Source: a virus. Taken from it: DNA of 38,611 nt. Below, in pieces: positions 13,039-22,028 of this stretch. The stretch is taken from positions 1 to 38,611 of the IMG/VR virus record IMGVR_UViG_3300046688_000010; one strand, given 5' to 3'. The notes below the pieces were generated by a model. It was not told the origin of the DNA. It was given only the letters and a program-made list of their open reading frames with translations, and did no database searches. The stretch's first letter is position 1; every line of letters starts with the position of its first letter. The position numbers and the translations under genes are program-made.

Positions 13039-15303
13039 ATGGCTGACGAGATCGATCCTGCCGCGCTGTCCAACGAAGAGCTGATGAACCTCTATGCGCG
13101 GCTCAAGAAGGAGGTCGCGCCGACCCCGCCAGCGGGCTTGGTCGATCGCGGCCTGGCGCCGTTCCAGGGCTTCAACCAGGCGGTGTTCACCGGGCTGCCC
13201 GGGCTACCGGTCGACACCGCGGCCAATGTTATCGACCTGGGCAAGGCCGCCTACGGCGTGGCCAAGCGCGAGCTGCCTGACTTCGGACTACCACCGACTA
13301 CCGCCGCCGACTTGCCCGAGCTGACCCCGCGCGAGCAGGTGCCCGGCTCGAGCGCGTGGATCGCCGACCTGATCCGCAAAGGCGGGATGGGCAAGGCGAT
13401 CGACGTCAACCGCCCTGACGACGCCATCTCGAGATACCTGCACGCCGCGGGCATGGCCGCCGGCTCGGCGGTGGGCGGTTACCGCAACGCCCAGGGCACC
13501 ATCGGCAGTCAGCTCTGGGGCCCGGCCTGGCGCTGGCTGGCCGAGCTCGGCCCGGCGCCGTACAAGCCGGTGCCACCGACGCCACCGCCGACGCCCAACC
13601 TGGCGGTCACCGGCGCGCGCGACGTGGGCATGGCCGGCACCTCGGGCGCGGCGTCGCAGTACGCCGCCGAGCGCTTCCCGGACAACCCGGCAATGGCGGT
13701 CGCGGCCGGGTTCGCCCCACAGACCGTAGGCTGGGCGGTGCCGGCGTCGATCCGCGGCGCGGCGCGCGGCGGCGAGGAAGGCCGGGTGACCATGAACGAG
13801 CGGATGCAGACCCTGCTCGGCGCCGGGATCAGCAACCCATCGCTCGGCCTGGCCTCCGGCCAGCGCGCCCCGCAAGCGCTGGAGTCAATGTTCTCGCGCA
13901 CCCCGCTGTCGGCGGGGGTGATGGCCAAGAACGCCGTCGCGACCCAGGCGGCGATGGGCGAACGGGCGGGCCTCCTCGGCGACCTGTCGGCGGTCGAGCG
14001 CGGGCCGGACATCGCCGGCCGGGGGGCGCAGGCGGCGATCAAAGACTACCGCCAGCGGCAGCAGGACATCGAAGAGAACATGCTCAACCGCGCCGAGCAG
14101 GCGATCATTCCTGGTTCTCGTTTCCCGATCACCAACCAGCAGGGCGCGTACAACACAGTGACCGGGGCGATCCCTGGCGCACCGACGTCGACCGCAGGGC
14201 GCAACGCCGAGTACGGCCGGCTGAACACCGTCTTCCAGCAGCACCTGACCGATGCGGCGCCGATACCAGGCACGCCGGCCACCCCAACGCGGCAAGTGCC
14301 CTCGGGCATTCTCGACGCCAGGGGCAACCCGCTCATGATCACCATCCCTGGTACCCCAGGCACCCCCAGCCAACCCGGCGGGGTGCCGTTCGCGGCGCTG
14401 CGCGCGTTCAAGTCGCGGCTAGGCGGGGTGGCCTATCCGGCTGCCAACGAGCTCTTGACCGACCAGAGCACCGGCGCGGCGAAGGCGGTCCTGGGCGGCT
14501 CCAAGCAGGACCTGATGCAGGCCGCGCGCGACAACGACGCGCTGTTGCGGATGTCGCTGGGGCAGACCACGCCGCCCTTCGCCGAGCCGCGCATGGCCCG
14601 CGCGGACAAGTTCTACAAGGAGACCCAGCGCATCATCGAGGACGTGCTCGACCCGATCTACAAGCAAACCTCGGGCGAGGCCGCCTACGGCCAGATCTCC
14701 GGCACCGCCAGGCAGGCCGGCTCGGTCACCCGGCAGACCATGGCCTCGTTGCCCAAGGACGTGCGGGCCAAGGTGGCGGCGACAGTGATCGACGAGATGT
14801 CGCGCGCGACGCCGGGCAACCAGGACGCCACCGGCAATAAGTTCTCGTCGCAGACCTTCCTGACCAACTGGAACAAGCTCAAGCCGGAGGCGCGCGACGC
14901 GCTGTTCTCGGCCTACCCCAACGCCAAGGAGGTGCGCCAGGGGCTGGACGACATCGCCAACGCCGCGGCGATGATCAAGGAAAAGGGTGGGGTGTGGGCC
15001 AACCCCTCGGGCAGCGGCGGTGCGGTGGGCCAGCTGGCGCTGGGCGCTGGGGTCGGTAAGGCGATCATCAGCGGTTCGCTGAAGACCCTCGGCAGTGTGT
15101 TTGCTGCGCCGGTGATGACCTGGGCCGGCGCCAAGTTGTTCACCAACCCGAAGTTCGTCAACTGGGCGGCGCAGTCGACCACCATCCCCGACTCGCGCAT
15201 TCAACAACATCTGGCGCGGCTGGCGGTGACCTCGACCACCGAGAAGGACCCCGAAACGCGCAAGGCGATGCAGGACCTGATAGAGCAGATCCGGCCACAA
15301 TGA
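13039..15303 (+). CDS. Large internal virion / ejection protein candidate
   Basis: 754 aa, tightly coupled to the upstream gene. No enzymatic motif recognised. Confidence 0.75.
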   Translation: MADEIDPAALSNEELMNLYARLKKEVAPTPPAGLVDRGLAPFQGFNQAVFTGLPGLPVDTAANVIDLGKAAYGVAKRELPDFGLPPTTAADLPELTPREQVPGSSAWIADLIRKGGMGKAIDVNRPDDAISRYLHAAGMAAGSAVGGYRNAQGTIGSQLWGPAWRWLAELGPAPYKPVPPTPPPTPNLAVTGARDVGMAGTSGAASQYAAERFPDNPAMAVAAGFAPQTVGWAVPASIRGAARGGEEGRVTMNERMQTLLGAGISNPSLGLASGQRAPQALESMFSRTPLSAGVMAKNAVATQAAMGERAGLLGDLSAVERGPDIAGRGAQAAIKDYRQRQQDIEENMLNRAEQAIIPGSRFPITNQQGAYNTVTGAIPGAPTSTAGRNAEYGRLNTVFQQHLTDAAPIPGTPATPTRQVPSGILDARGNPLMITIPGTPGTPSQPGGVPFAALRAFKSRLGGVAYPAANELLTDQSTGAAKAVLGGSKQDLMQAARDNDALLRMSLGQTTPPFAEPRMARADKFYKETQRIIEDVLDPIYKQTSGEAAYGQISGTARQAGSVTRQTMASLPKDVRAKVAATVIDEMSRATPGNQDATGNKFSSQTFLTNWNKLKPEARDALFSAYPNAKEVRQGLDDIANAAAMIKEKGGVWANPSGSGGAVGQLALGAGVGKAIISGSLKTLGSVFAAPVMTWAGAKLFTNPKFVNWAAQSTTIPDSRIQQHLARLAVTSTTEKDPETRKAMQDLIEQIRPQ

Positions 15304-15306
15304 GGC

Positions 15307-15555
15307 ATGACCGAACCCACGCCGAAGACGGGCCACAACCTCTTGCTGATGGTGGAGGCGCTGGTGGCGATCGCGGTGGTGGTAGCGGGTGTGGTCTGGT
15401 ATGCGGTGAAGCTCGACGGCCGGGTGCAGGCGCTGGAAGAGGCGCAACATCGGGAAACGCAGCGCCAGGATGCGAAACAGCGCGACCAGCGTATCGAGCG
15501 TATCGAGCAGGCGATCGAGGAGCAGGGCCGGACCCTGAAGCAGTTGAGGAGATGA
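15307..15555 (+). CDS. Membrane-anchored coiled-coil protein (i-spanin-like architecture or virion-internal)
   Basis: 82 aa. N-terminal TM helix (LLLMVEALVAIAVVVAGVVWYAV) followed by a charged coiled coil. Confidence 0.7.
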   Translation: MTEPTPKTGHNLLLMVEALVAIAVVVAGVVWYAVKLDGRVQALEEAQHRETQRQDAKQRDQRIERIEQAIEEQGRTLKQLRR

Positions 15556-15556
15556 C

Positions 15557-18211
15557 ATGGCAATGCTGACCAAGGCAGAACGCGACCGGCGGATGGTGCC
15601 CTACACCGACGAGGAGAAGCAGCGCCGGCGGGCCAAGGCCTATGACGACCTAGTGGGCAATGCGCTGGGGATCACCAAGACCGGCCTCGGGGGCCTGATG
15701 GACATCCTCGGCGCCCAGGGCGATATCAGCACGGTGCTGATGCCCCAGGACATCCGCCAGAACATGATCCCCTCGGAGCAGCTCCCCGGCGGCTCAGAAT
15801 GGTGGCGCCAGCAGCTGATCAATGCCGGGGTGTTCAACCCGCGCGAGCCGTCGACGGCAGAAACGGTGGGCACCTTTATCGGTGGCGCGGCCCCCGGTGG
15901 GGCGATCAAGGCCGGCAAGGCCGCGGCGGGGGCGGTGAGGGGCGGCTTGCTCAACCTGGGCGAGCAAGGCCTGACCACCGCCGGCCAGACGCTGCGCAGC
16001 CTGGTGCCGCTGGGCAGCGCACTGCGCGAGCCGGGGCTGTTGACCGTGGTGCCGCGCGGCAAGGGCGGGGGCAAACCACCCAAGCCGCCGAAGGGTGACG
16101 TGCCGGTCTCGCCGGAGCCAGCGGCCACCCCAGAAGCTCCGCCCGCGCGAACCGGCAAGCGCGCGGCGTCGAACATCAACAAGGGCCCGGTGGGCAGCGT
16201 CTTCGATCCGGTCACTGACGAGGCCGCGGGGCTGGCGATCGCCAAGCGCGGCGCCCATCTCAAGCAGGACCCAAGCGGCAAGTATATCGGCGCGCCGGAC
16301 TGGGTCGACTCGCCGGCCCAGCTCGGCACCATGCGCCGCGGTGCCGACCAGATGCTGGTGCGCGGGGTCGAGAACGCACCGTGGTATGACCGCGCCAAGG
16401 ATGCAGTGTCGAGCGTCACCGGCTACCACCCGAGCATGTCGGCGCTGGGCCCCGAGGGCATCAAGTCATCGCTATTCGCTCGTGGCGGCTCGGTGTATTC
16501 GGCGCAGGCCGATCCGCTGCAGGAGACCAACTTTTTCCTGAAGCAGCACAACGCCAAGATGCTTACCGGGCTGGACCGCCAGGCGCGCACCGGCGACCAG
16601 ATGGACGCGGTGAAAAACGCCTACCAGCTGCAGCCCGACGGCACCTACAAGTTTTTCCCGGAGCTGGTCCAGCTGGGGCCGAAGACCACCCCCTACGCGA
16701 TGGGCAAGGACCCGACCATCCCGATGAACATTCTGTGGAAGACCGCCAACGACATCCGCCACGGGCGGGTGTTTCAATATCCCGGCATCGGCGGGAAGGA
16801 GTTCAGCCGTGGCTTTTCGCCGCAGGAGCATAACTTCCTGCACGGCGAGAACCTGCTGCTGGCCGACCGCGCCGGGGCGCGCAACGTGCCGATGCCGGCG
16901 TACGGTGAATTCGGCCCCAACGAGATGCCGTGGACGGTGCCGCGCGCGCAGGCCGCAACCTGGGGCACCCAGGGGTTCGATACCGAGAAGGCGAAAAACC
17001 TGGCGGGGATCGCGACGGCCGAGGCCAAGGTTGCGGCGTGGGAGAAGGCCGGCGGGTATAAGGGCACCGGCAAGGCCAAACCGAAAGTGCCGGAGCTCAA
17101 GTCGGACGAGGAGTTGTGGAAGGACGCCATGCTCGGCATCGACGATGCGGTCAAGCGCAACGCGGCGACGGTGTCGTACGAGGTCACCCCGGGCGAGGAC
17201 GTTTTCCACTTCAAGGGGCTGGCCCAGGACCAGGCGCTGAACGATGCCTATGCCCAGCAGCGGCTAGCCAACCTGCCCGAGCGTGACCCATATTACGAGT
17301 CGATGCAGCAATACTCGCTGCCGACCGAGAAGGCGGTCGGGCACTGGGATCCGGGTGGCGGCCTACCAGTGCAGCGCAACCTGTCAGCGCTGCCCCGCCC
17401 GTTGGTGGCGCTGGGTGAGGGTGGGGTGATCGATCCGATGAACGAACAGGCGATCAACGCGCTGGAGTTCATCCGCTCGGGCATGAACGCGCAGAGCGGG
17501 GGCGGCTACCGCATCCTGGTGCCGTCGACCAAGGGCGCCACCATCGCCGAGAAGACCGGCGCGATCATCCAGGCCCCGAAGGGCTCTGCCGGCGGGCAGG
17601 CCTTTGACGAGCACGTCAATGCAATGCGCCAAAGCCTGCTTGGTGACCTGCGCGCGACCGGGCTCGACGTGCTCGAGGATCCAACCGGAATTATGGCCGG
17701 CAAGTTCCATCCCCGGATGCCTGGGGCGGACGTGCAGGCGAAGGTCGAGTCGGTGCTGCCCAATTACCCTGGCGCTACCGGCGAGGCGGCGACCTGGAAC
17801 AGCGCCTTTTCTGGCGTACCCTGGGACGAACAGCAGGGCACCGGCAAGATGACCAAGGAGTTGGTCAAGGTGTTGACCGGCACCTCGGACAACGCCGCTC
17901 GACGGGCTGCCGGTCAAGCCGAGGTGCTGGCGATCCCCAACCTGGTCAGCCGGCTCGACGCGCATGGCGGGACCAACCTGGAGGTGGCGGCGACTAACGC
18001 CGCCGATCGCGCCTTCCAGGCGGCGAACCCGCAGTTTGTCGGCCGCGAGGACCTGTACAAACTGCGCGACATCGTCGGGCAGCAGGGGGGTTGGCAAAAG
18101 CTGCTCGACTATGTGGCTAAGAATGGCTACCAGGGTCTTCCGGCGGCGGGGGGGATAAGTCTGCTGGACTATTCTGAGTTGTGGCCCCGGAAGGATGAAG
18201 CGGGGTACTAA
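15557..18211 (+). CDS. Largest internal virion / ejection protein candidate (884 aa)
   Basis: GAGGAG precedes the ATG. This is the last large gene of the late operon. I could not recognise a lysozyme or transglycosylase motif. Confidence 0.8.
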   Translation: MAMLTKAERDRRMVPYTDEEKQRRRAKAYDDLVGNALGITKTGLGGLMDILGAQGDISTVLMPQDIRQNMIPSEQLPGGSEWWRQQLINAGVFNPREPSTAETVGTFIGGAAPGGAIKAGKAAAGAVRGGLLNLGEQGLTTAGQTLRSLVPLGSALREPGLLTVVPRGKGGGKPPKPPKGDVPVSPEPAATPEAPPARTGKRAASNINKGPVGSVFDPVTDEAAGLAIAKRGAHLKQDPSGKYIGAPDWVDSPAQLGTMRRGADQMLVRGVENAPWYDRAKDAVSSVTGYHPSMSALGPEGIKSSLFARGGSVYSAQADPLQETNFFLKQHNAKMLTGLDRQARTGDQMDAVKNAYQLQPDGTYKFFPELVQLGPKTTPYAMGKDPTIPMNILWKTANDIRHGRVFQYPGIGGKEFSRGFSPQEHNFLHGENLLLADRAGARNVPMPAYGEFGPNEMPWTVPRAQAATWGTQGFDTEKAKNLAGIATAEAKVAAWEKAGGYKGTGKAKPKVPELKSDEELWKDAMLGIDDAVKRNAATVSYEVTPGEDVFHFKGLAQDQALNDAYAQQRLANLPERDPYYESMQQYSLPTEKAVGHWDPGGGLPVQRNLSALPRPLVALGEGGVIDPMNEQAINALEFIRSGMNAQSGGGYRILVPSTKGATIAEKTGAIIQAPKGSAGGQAFDEHVNAMRQSLLGDLRATGLDVLEDPTGIMAGKFHPRMPGADVQAKVESVLPNYPGATGEAATWNSAFSGVPWDEQQGTGKMTKELVKVLTGTSDNAARRAAGQAEVLAIPNLVSRLDAHGGTNLEVAATNAADRAFQAANPQFVGREDLYKLRDIVGQQGGWQKLLDYVAKNGYQGLPAAGGISLLDYSELWPRKDEAGY

Positions 18212-18359
18212 CCACATGCACGACGGCACCGTCCATCGAGGCCTTGATCGCCATCGGCGGCAGGGCAGAGCTACCAAAGCTGGGGTTGTTGCGATAGAAG
18301 GCGCCGATCTGGCCAGGCGTCTGCCATCGACGATAATTGGGCGGTGCTTTTTTAGGCAT
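18117..18359 (-). CDS. Hypothetical small protein ending the leftward early operon; its 3' end runs antisense into the 884-aa gene
   Basis: GAGGAG lies 7 nt upstream of ATG 18359. Codons 11-48 (inside the 18212-18359 gap) are mostly G/C-ending. The bias is lost in the 95-nt overlap with 15557..18211. Confidence 0.4.
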   Translation of the reverse strand: MPKKAPPNYRRWQTPGQIGAFYRNNPSFGSSALPPMAIKASMDGAVVHVVSTPLHPSGATTQNSPADLSPPPPEDPGSHS

Positions 18360-18380
18360 AGCAGTCTCCTCTAGGAGGTG

Positions 18381-18899
18381 TCATGGAAAGTCTGGTGTCG
18401 TTGCTGGTGACGGTGATCGTGATGGGCCTGGTGGCGTATCTGCTGTACTGGCTGGTGGGGCAAATTCCACTGCCGGCGCCGTTTGCGGTGGTGGCGAAGG
18501 TGCTGCTGGCGCTGTTTGTGGTGATAATGCTGCTGAGCTTGCTTTTCGGCTGGGCGCCGATCCCGCGGCTACATATGCGTTGACCCAGTCGATGATGTCC
18601 CCCGCCCGCCAGAGCAGCGGCTTGCCGGGCCGCGCCGGGTGCGGGAAGCCAGGTTTCTTGCCGACCCGCTCGAGCGTGCGCGGTGCGTAGTGCAGGTAGT
18701 CGGCCACCGCGATCTTGTCCCACAGCAGGTCTTCTGGCCGGCAGGTGGGCTCGAGCGGCAGGATGAACTGGGCGTCGATCGCGTGCTGATAGTCGCTGCC
18801 GGCGGCGAACGCGTCGCACATCGAGCGCCGGGTAAATTGCGCCTCGTTGCGGGTCTCGAACCAGGCCTCGAAGGCCTGCTGTTGGGCCGCGGTGATCAT
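18381..18899 (-). CDS. AlpA/excisionase-type HTH protein with a long low-complexity tail
   Basis: ATGA coupling to the upstream gene. The segment LWDKIAVADYLHYAPRTLERVGKKPGFPHPARPGKPLLWRAGDIIDWV resembles AlpA/HTH_17 domains. The last ~64 codons are A-ending, Pro/Ala/Ser-rich read-through antisense to 18383..18583. Confidence 0.65.
   Translation of the reverse strand: MITAAQQQAFEAWFETRNEAQFTRRSMCDAFAAGSDYQHAIDAQFILPLEPTCRPEDLLWDKIAVADYLHYAPRTLERVGKKPGFPHPARPGKPLLWRAGDIIDWVNAYVAAGSAPSRKASSAALSPQTAPAAPSPPPQTAPAVEFAPPASTADTPPGPSRSPSPATTPDFP
18383..18583 (+). CDS. Two-TM small membrane protein (holin-like or exclusion-like)
   Basis: 66 aa. AGGAGG lies 5 nt upstream of the ATG. Typical CTG/GTG/GCG codon usage. 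It lies entirely antisense to the tail of the AlpA-like gene. Confidence 0.6.
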   Translation: MESLVSLLVTVIVMGLVAYLLYWLVGQIPLPAPFAVVAKVLLALFVVIMLLSLLFGWAPIPRLHMR

Positions 18900-19189
18900 G
18901 TCGGCTTCTTGTGGGTGGCCAGGCCGCGCGCCACCGAAAAGGCGATGTTCACCCGCTCGTCCTCGGCGTCATCCTCGGAATGTGCCCACTCGTTGCGGGC
19001 CGCGACCAACTCATCGATCGCCGCCTGCAAGCGGACGACCTGCGGTTCCAGTTCAGCCCGGCCGTAGGCGATACCGGCGACGAAGAGCAGCGCCAGCTGG
19101 CCCTGGATGTCCCAACTCGGCCCGGTTTTCTCAAGTGCCTCGTCAAACGCGGCCCATTGTGGTTTGGTCATTGCGGCGGGTAGTTTCAT
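18896..19189 (-). CDS. Hypothetical protein (97 aa)
   Basis: ATG 19189 overlaps the upstream stop (ATGA). The N-terminal extension in the track ORF is Arg-rich shadow sequence. Confidence 0.65.
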   Translation of the reverse strand: MKLPAAMTKPQWAAFDEALEKTGPSWDIQGQLALLFVAGIAYGRAELEPQVVRLQAAIDELVAARNEWAHSEDDAEDERVNIAFSVARGLATHKKPT

Positions 19190-19524
19190 GGTTTCACCTG
19201 TATCAGCCCTTCGCGCCAGAGGCGTAGTAGTGTCACGTCCATCGCCCGCCGGAACATCATCTGCTTGTCGGCGCGCTCGCTGGTATAGATGCTGGTCGGG
19301 TCGCGCCCGGTGCCCTGATCGAGCCAGCGGTGGCAGGCGCTGCACAAGTGCGCGCAGAAGCAGTCGTGCGCCTTGCGCATCGCGCCCTTGCCGTGGACCG
19401 ACATGTTGCTGTGGGCCGGTTCGCAGGGGCCGATCGCGCCGCAGTTGCCACAGACCGTATCCAGCCGGTGGGCCAGGTCGAGTAACTTGCGGTTGCGGTA
19501 CTCGGGGTCTTTGTCACGTTCCAT
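19186..19524 (-). CDS. DUF1364 (YbcO-like) putative nuclease
   Basis: 112 aa starting MERDKD. The pattern C-x2-C ... CEPAHS ... C-x2-CH ... LWREGLI matches my memory of E. coli DLP12 YbcO (AHIR..., CSACHDEID, WLKEGVIKA). Confidence 0.7.
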   Translation of the reverse strand: MERDKDPEYRNRKLLDLAHRLDTVCGNCGAIGPCEPAHSNMSVHGKGAMRKAHDCFCAHLCSACHRWLDQGTGRDPTSIYTSERADKQMMFRRAMDVTLLRLWREGLIQVKP

Positions 19525-19858
19525 AACCACGCCTCTCGGCTCGCTTGGAGGCCTCCTGCGTGCGCCAGACCTCGGCGTGGATGGTGGACAGCTGCAGCTC
19601 CCAGCGCAGCGCCTCGGCGCGTTCTGTGGCCTCCCTGAGCCCCTCCAGCAGGGTGAGGTAGTCGGGGTGGCAACGGGCGTCGCGTTCCTGCGCCGCGGCG
19701 CTGGTGGCGCCATGCGCCTCCGCCGCTTTCATGAGCATCGCCAGCTTCGACTTTTTGAACTCCTCCAAGTAACCAACCTGGGCCTTGGCCCTGGCGTACT
19801 GCGGGGCGATGGCGCGGAGCTCGTGCATGCGCCGCTCGATCGCTTCGTCGCTAGCCAT
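19514..19858 (-). CDS. Hypothetical helical protein (114 aa)
   Basis: ATG 19858 gives an 8-nt overlap with the upstream gene. Coiled-coil-like sequence. Confidence 0.65.
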   Translation of the reverse strand: MASDEAIERRMHELRAIAPQYARAKAQVGYLEEFKKSKLAMLMKAAEAHGATSAAAQERDARCHPDYLTLLEGLREATERAEALRWELQLSTIHAEVWRTQEASKRAERRGYGT

Positions 19859-20165
19859 GGCAGGCTGCTTCGTGCGCCCACTCGGCGTCCTGGTCAAACG
19901 GCTGGCCCTGGCCGGCCTGTAACCTGGCGATCGCCTGCTGCCAGGCAACGTCACTCTCGAGCGCCTCGAGCCGCTCGGCGAGTGCTTCGTTTCTGGCCTG
20001 CAGCGCCGGCGCGTCGAGGATCAGCAGCGCGTCGGCCGAGCCGTTACGGCCGATCACCGGCAGGAAGCACACCGTGCGGTTGCGCGCGCCGACGATGCGC
20101 CCGCCCTTGCCGCGGGGGTTGTGCAGCAGGCGCCAGGGGGCTGGGGTATGGGTTTGTTCGTTCAT
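19851..20165 (-). CDS. Hypothetical protein (104 aa)
   Basis: AGGAG precedes ATG 20165. The N-terminal TPAPW ... LILDAPAL pattern recalls Ead/Ea22-type phage proteins (weak). Confidence 0.65.
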   Translation of the reverse strand: MNEQTHTPAPWRLLHNPRGKGGRIVGARNRTVCFLPVIGRNGSADALLILDAPALQARNEALAERLEALESDVAWQQAIARLQAGQGQPFDQDAEWAHEAACHG

Positions 20166-20175
20166 GGTCGCGCTC

Positions 20176-20571
20176 CTAGAAAGGGATATCTTGGTCGAAT
20201 GGATCGGCGGCCTTGACCGGCGCGCTTGTCGTGGCGTGCTCTGCCGGCGGCGCGCCGAGCAGCTTCAGCTCACGCACGTTGATCTCGGTCGTGTAATGCT
20301 TGACGCCGTCCTTTTCCCACTCTCTGGTCTGCATCTTGCCGCTGACGTAGATCTGAGAGCCCTTGTGGACGTACTTGATCGCAACCTCGGCCACCTTGCC
20401 GTAGAGGTTCAGCCGGACCCACTCGGTTTTCTCCTGCTTGGTGCCGGACTTGTCCTTCCATTGCTCGTTGCAGGCGATGTTGAAGTTGGTCACCGCGGTG
20501 CCGTCCGGGAGGTACTTGGCGACCGGGTCCGACCCGGCGTTGCCGATAAAGGTACAGAGGTTGACGCTCAT
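20176..20571 (-). CDS. ssb: Single-stranded DNA-binding protein
   Basis: 131 aa. OB-fold N-terminus (NLCTFIGNAGSDPV ... TEWVRLNLYGKVAE) and the canonical acidic C-terminal tip DQDIPF. Confidence 0.95.
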   Translation of the reverse strand: MSVNLCTFIGNAGSDPVAKYLPDGTAVTNFNIACNEQWKDKSGTKQEKTEWVRLNLYGKVAEVAIKYVHKGSQIYVSGKMQTREWEKDGVKHYTTEINVRELKLLGAPPAEHATTSAPVKAADPFDQDIPF

Positions 20572-21425
20572 ACTGGGTCCCTTTCTGCCAGCGTACGCCG
20601 GCGAATTTCCTCACGCTTGATGGACGAACGGAATTCGGAGTCGAACAGGAACCAGATCGCCAGTTTGTCTTCGACATCGAAGTTGAACTCCTGGAAAACG
20701 TCGACCGCCTTGACGATGCCGTGCATGGCATAGGCCGCGACCACGTCCTGCGCCTTGCGCTCGAGCACCTCTTTGGCCCCAGCGTCGAGGGCGTTGAATG
20801 CGTCCTCGGTGACGTTGCGCGCGCTGCCCTTGGGCGGTTCACTGTCGCCGCGGGGGCGTTCCGGTGGCTTGTCGTCTGGCTTATCGTCATCCAGGTGCAG
20901 CTGGCCCTTGTGCCAGAGCTCCAGCGCACAACCGAAGCGCATTCCGGCGTTTCTCAAGGCATCGCCGATCGCCTCCTTTTCCCGGGCGCCGACGTCCATG
21001 TACGACTTGTTCTCGGCGTTGCCGTAGCCCAGCCGGGTGACGCCGCACACCGTCAGCCGGATCCACAGACCGCCGCGGGCATCGAACTGCGGCAGGCCAT
21101 CCTCGCCCAGCGCCAGCGGGTCCCAGGACCAAGCCTGGTCGGCCTCGAGCAGGCGATCGGTCAGTGCTGCATGGCCGACGTAGTCCAGGTGGATCACGTC
21201 CGGGTGGTGCCAGCCGCCGCATACCTCGCACCGGCGCTTGAGGTTGGGCGCGCATTCATTCTGGGCTTTGGTGCCCTTGGGCAGCTTGGAGATCTGGTGC
21301 GCCGGGAACGGCTGGCGCAGCAGTTCCAGCCCGGTGGGGGGCGGCGGCGCAGTTTTGCTGCCGAGGGCGATCCTTGGTGGGGTTTCGTACTCTTCCTTAC
21401 CGACTTCGGCTTGCTGTTGGGTCAT
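20568..21425 (-). CDS. Rad52-family single-strand annealing protein (DUF1071/Sak-like)
   Basis: ATG 21425 lies behind AAGGA. The motif ISKLPKG...C..CGGWH....HLDYVGHAALTDRLLEADQAWSWDP...LTVCGVTRLGYG...KEAIGDALRNAGMRFGCALELW is as I recall for this family. Confidence 0.85.
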   Translation of the reverse strand: MTQQQAEVGKEEYETPPRIALGSKTAPPPPTGLELLRQPFPAHQISKLPKGTKAQNECAPNLKRRCEVCGGWHHPDVIHLDYVGHAALTDRLLEADQAWSWDPLALGEDGLPQFDARGGLWIRLTVCGVTRLGYGNAENKSYMDVGAREKEAIGDALRNAGMRFGCALELWHKGQLHLDDDKPDDKPPERPRGDSEPPKGSARNVTEDAFNALDAGAKEVLERKAQDVVAAYAMHGIVKAVDVFQEFNFDVEDKLAIWFLFDSEFRSSIKREEIRRRTLAERDPV

Positions 21426-21502
21426 GCTTTTTCCTTGAGTAGCTGGTTGAGTTTGCCGAGCTCGGCGGCGATCAGCCGCCGGCGGGCGAGTTCCGCGGAC
21501 AT
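21422..21502 (-). CDS. Candidate 26-aa micro-ORF (MSAELARRRLIAAELGKLNQLLKEKA)
   Basis: It exactly fills the gap between two genes. Its ATG overlaps the upstream stop (TGATG) and its TGA overlaps the annealase ATG (ATGA). Codons are G/C-ending. Confidence 0.35.
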   Translation of the reverse strand: MSAELARRRLIAAELGKLNQLLKEKA

Positions 21503-21846
21503 CACTCGACTCCCAGGTGGTAGCGGATGTCGATGGTGCCCCAGCCCTCGCCGGCGATGACCGCATCGATCCAGCGCGCGCGCCAGCGATCGATCACCTC
21601 TTTATGGCTGAGCTCGCCGGGGTTCATGATCTGGGCCAGCGCCTCGGGGTGCTCGACGTTGAGCCAGTCGCAGCAGTCGCGGCTGATATCCAGGTCGCCG
21701 ATCTCGAGCCGGAAGCTCAATTCATCCTTGACCCGGCTGGCGCAGTCGCGGCGCAGGCGCACGGGGCTGCCGTGCTGCTGGCGGTGCAGTTCCTGGGCCT
21801 GGGCGAGGTGGATCTGCCGCGCCACTTCATGCTCGCGGTCGTTCAT
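21502..21846 (-). CDS. Hypothetical protein (114 aa)
   Basis: ATGA-coupled within the operon, with coding-type codon bias. Confidence 0.7.
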   Translation of the reverse strand: MNDREHEVARQIHLAQAQELHRQQHGSPVRLRRDCASRVKDELSFRLEIGDLDISRDCCDWLNVEHPEALAQIMNPGELSHKEVIDRWRARWIDAVIAGEGWGTIDIRYHLGVE

Positions 21847-22028
21847 GGTGCTACCGCATACTTGAGCGACAGCGCGCGGTACTTGGCGACGTAGTCTGGG
21901 AAGGCATCCTGGATGCGCTTGCTGTTGTCTTCGTCGGCGCGTAACCAGGCCTCGGCCAGCGCACTGACAAAGCCGCCGCCTAAAGACTTCATGGCGCGGA
22001 TGGTAGCCAGCTTTTCATCGTGGGTCAT
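21843..22028 (-). CDS. Hypothetical protein (61 aa)
   Basis: ATGA-coupled at both ends. Confidence 0.7.
   Translation of the reverse strand: MTHDEKLATIRAMKSLGGGFVSALAEAWLRADEDNSKRIQDAFPDYVAKYRALSLKYAVAP

Noticed and set aside
15300-15569. Overlapping-frame 89-aa ORF within the TM/coiled-coil gene as an embedded o-spanin (Rz1-like).
   Set aside because: It has no signal peptide or lipobox (L-[AS]-[GA]-C); the GSGC and LVCG contexts do not fit. The sequence is a Gly/Arg-rich shadow frame.
18212-18382. Looked for a bidirectional intrinsic terminator between the late and early operons (T-run at 18348-53, palindrome CTGGCCAG 18311-18).
   Set aside because: No stable GC hairpin abuts the T-run on either strand. 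The interval is better explained by the - strand ORF starting at 18359.
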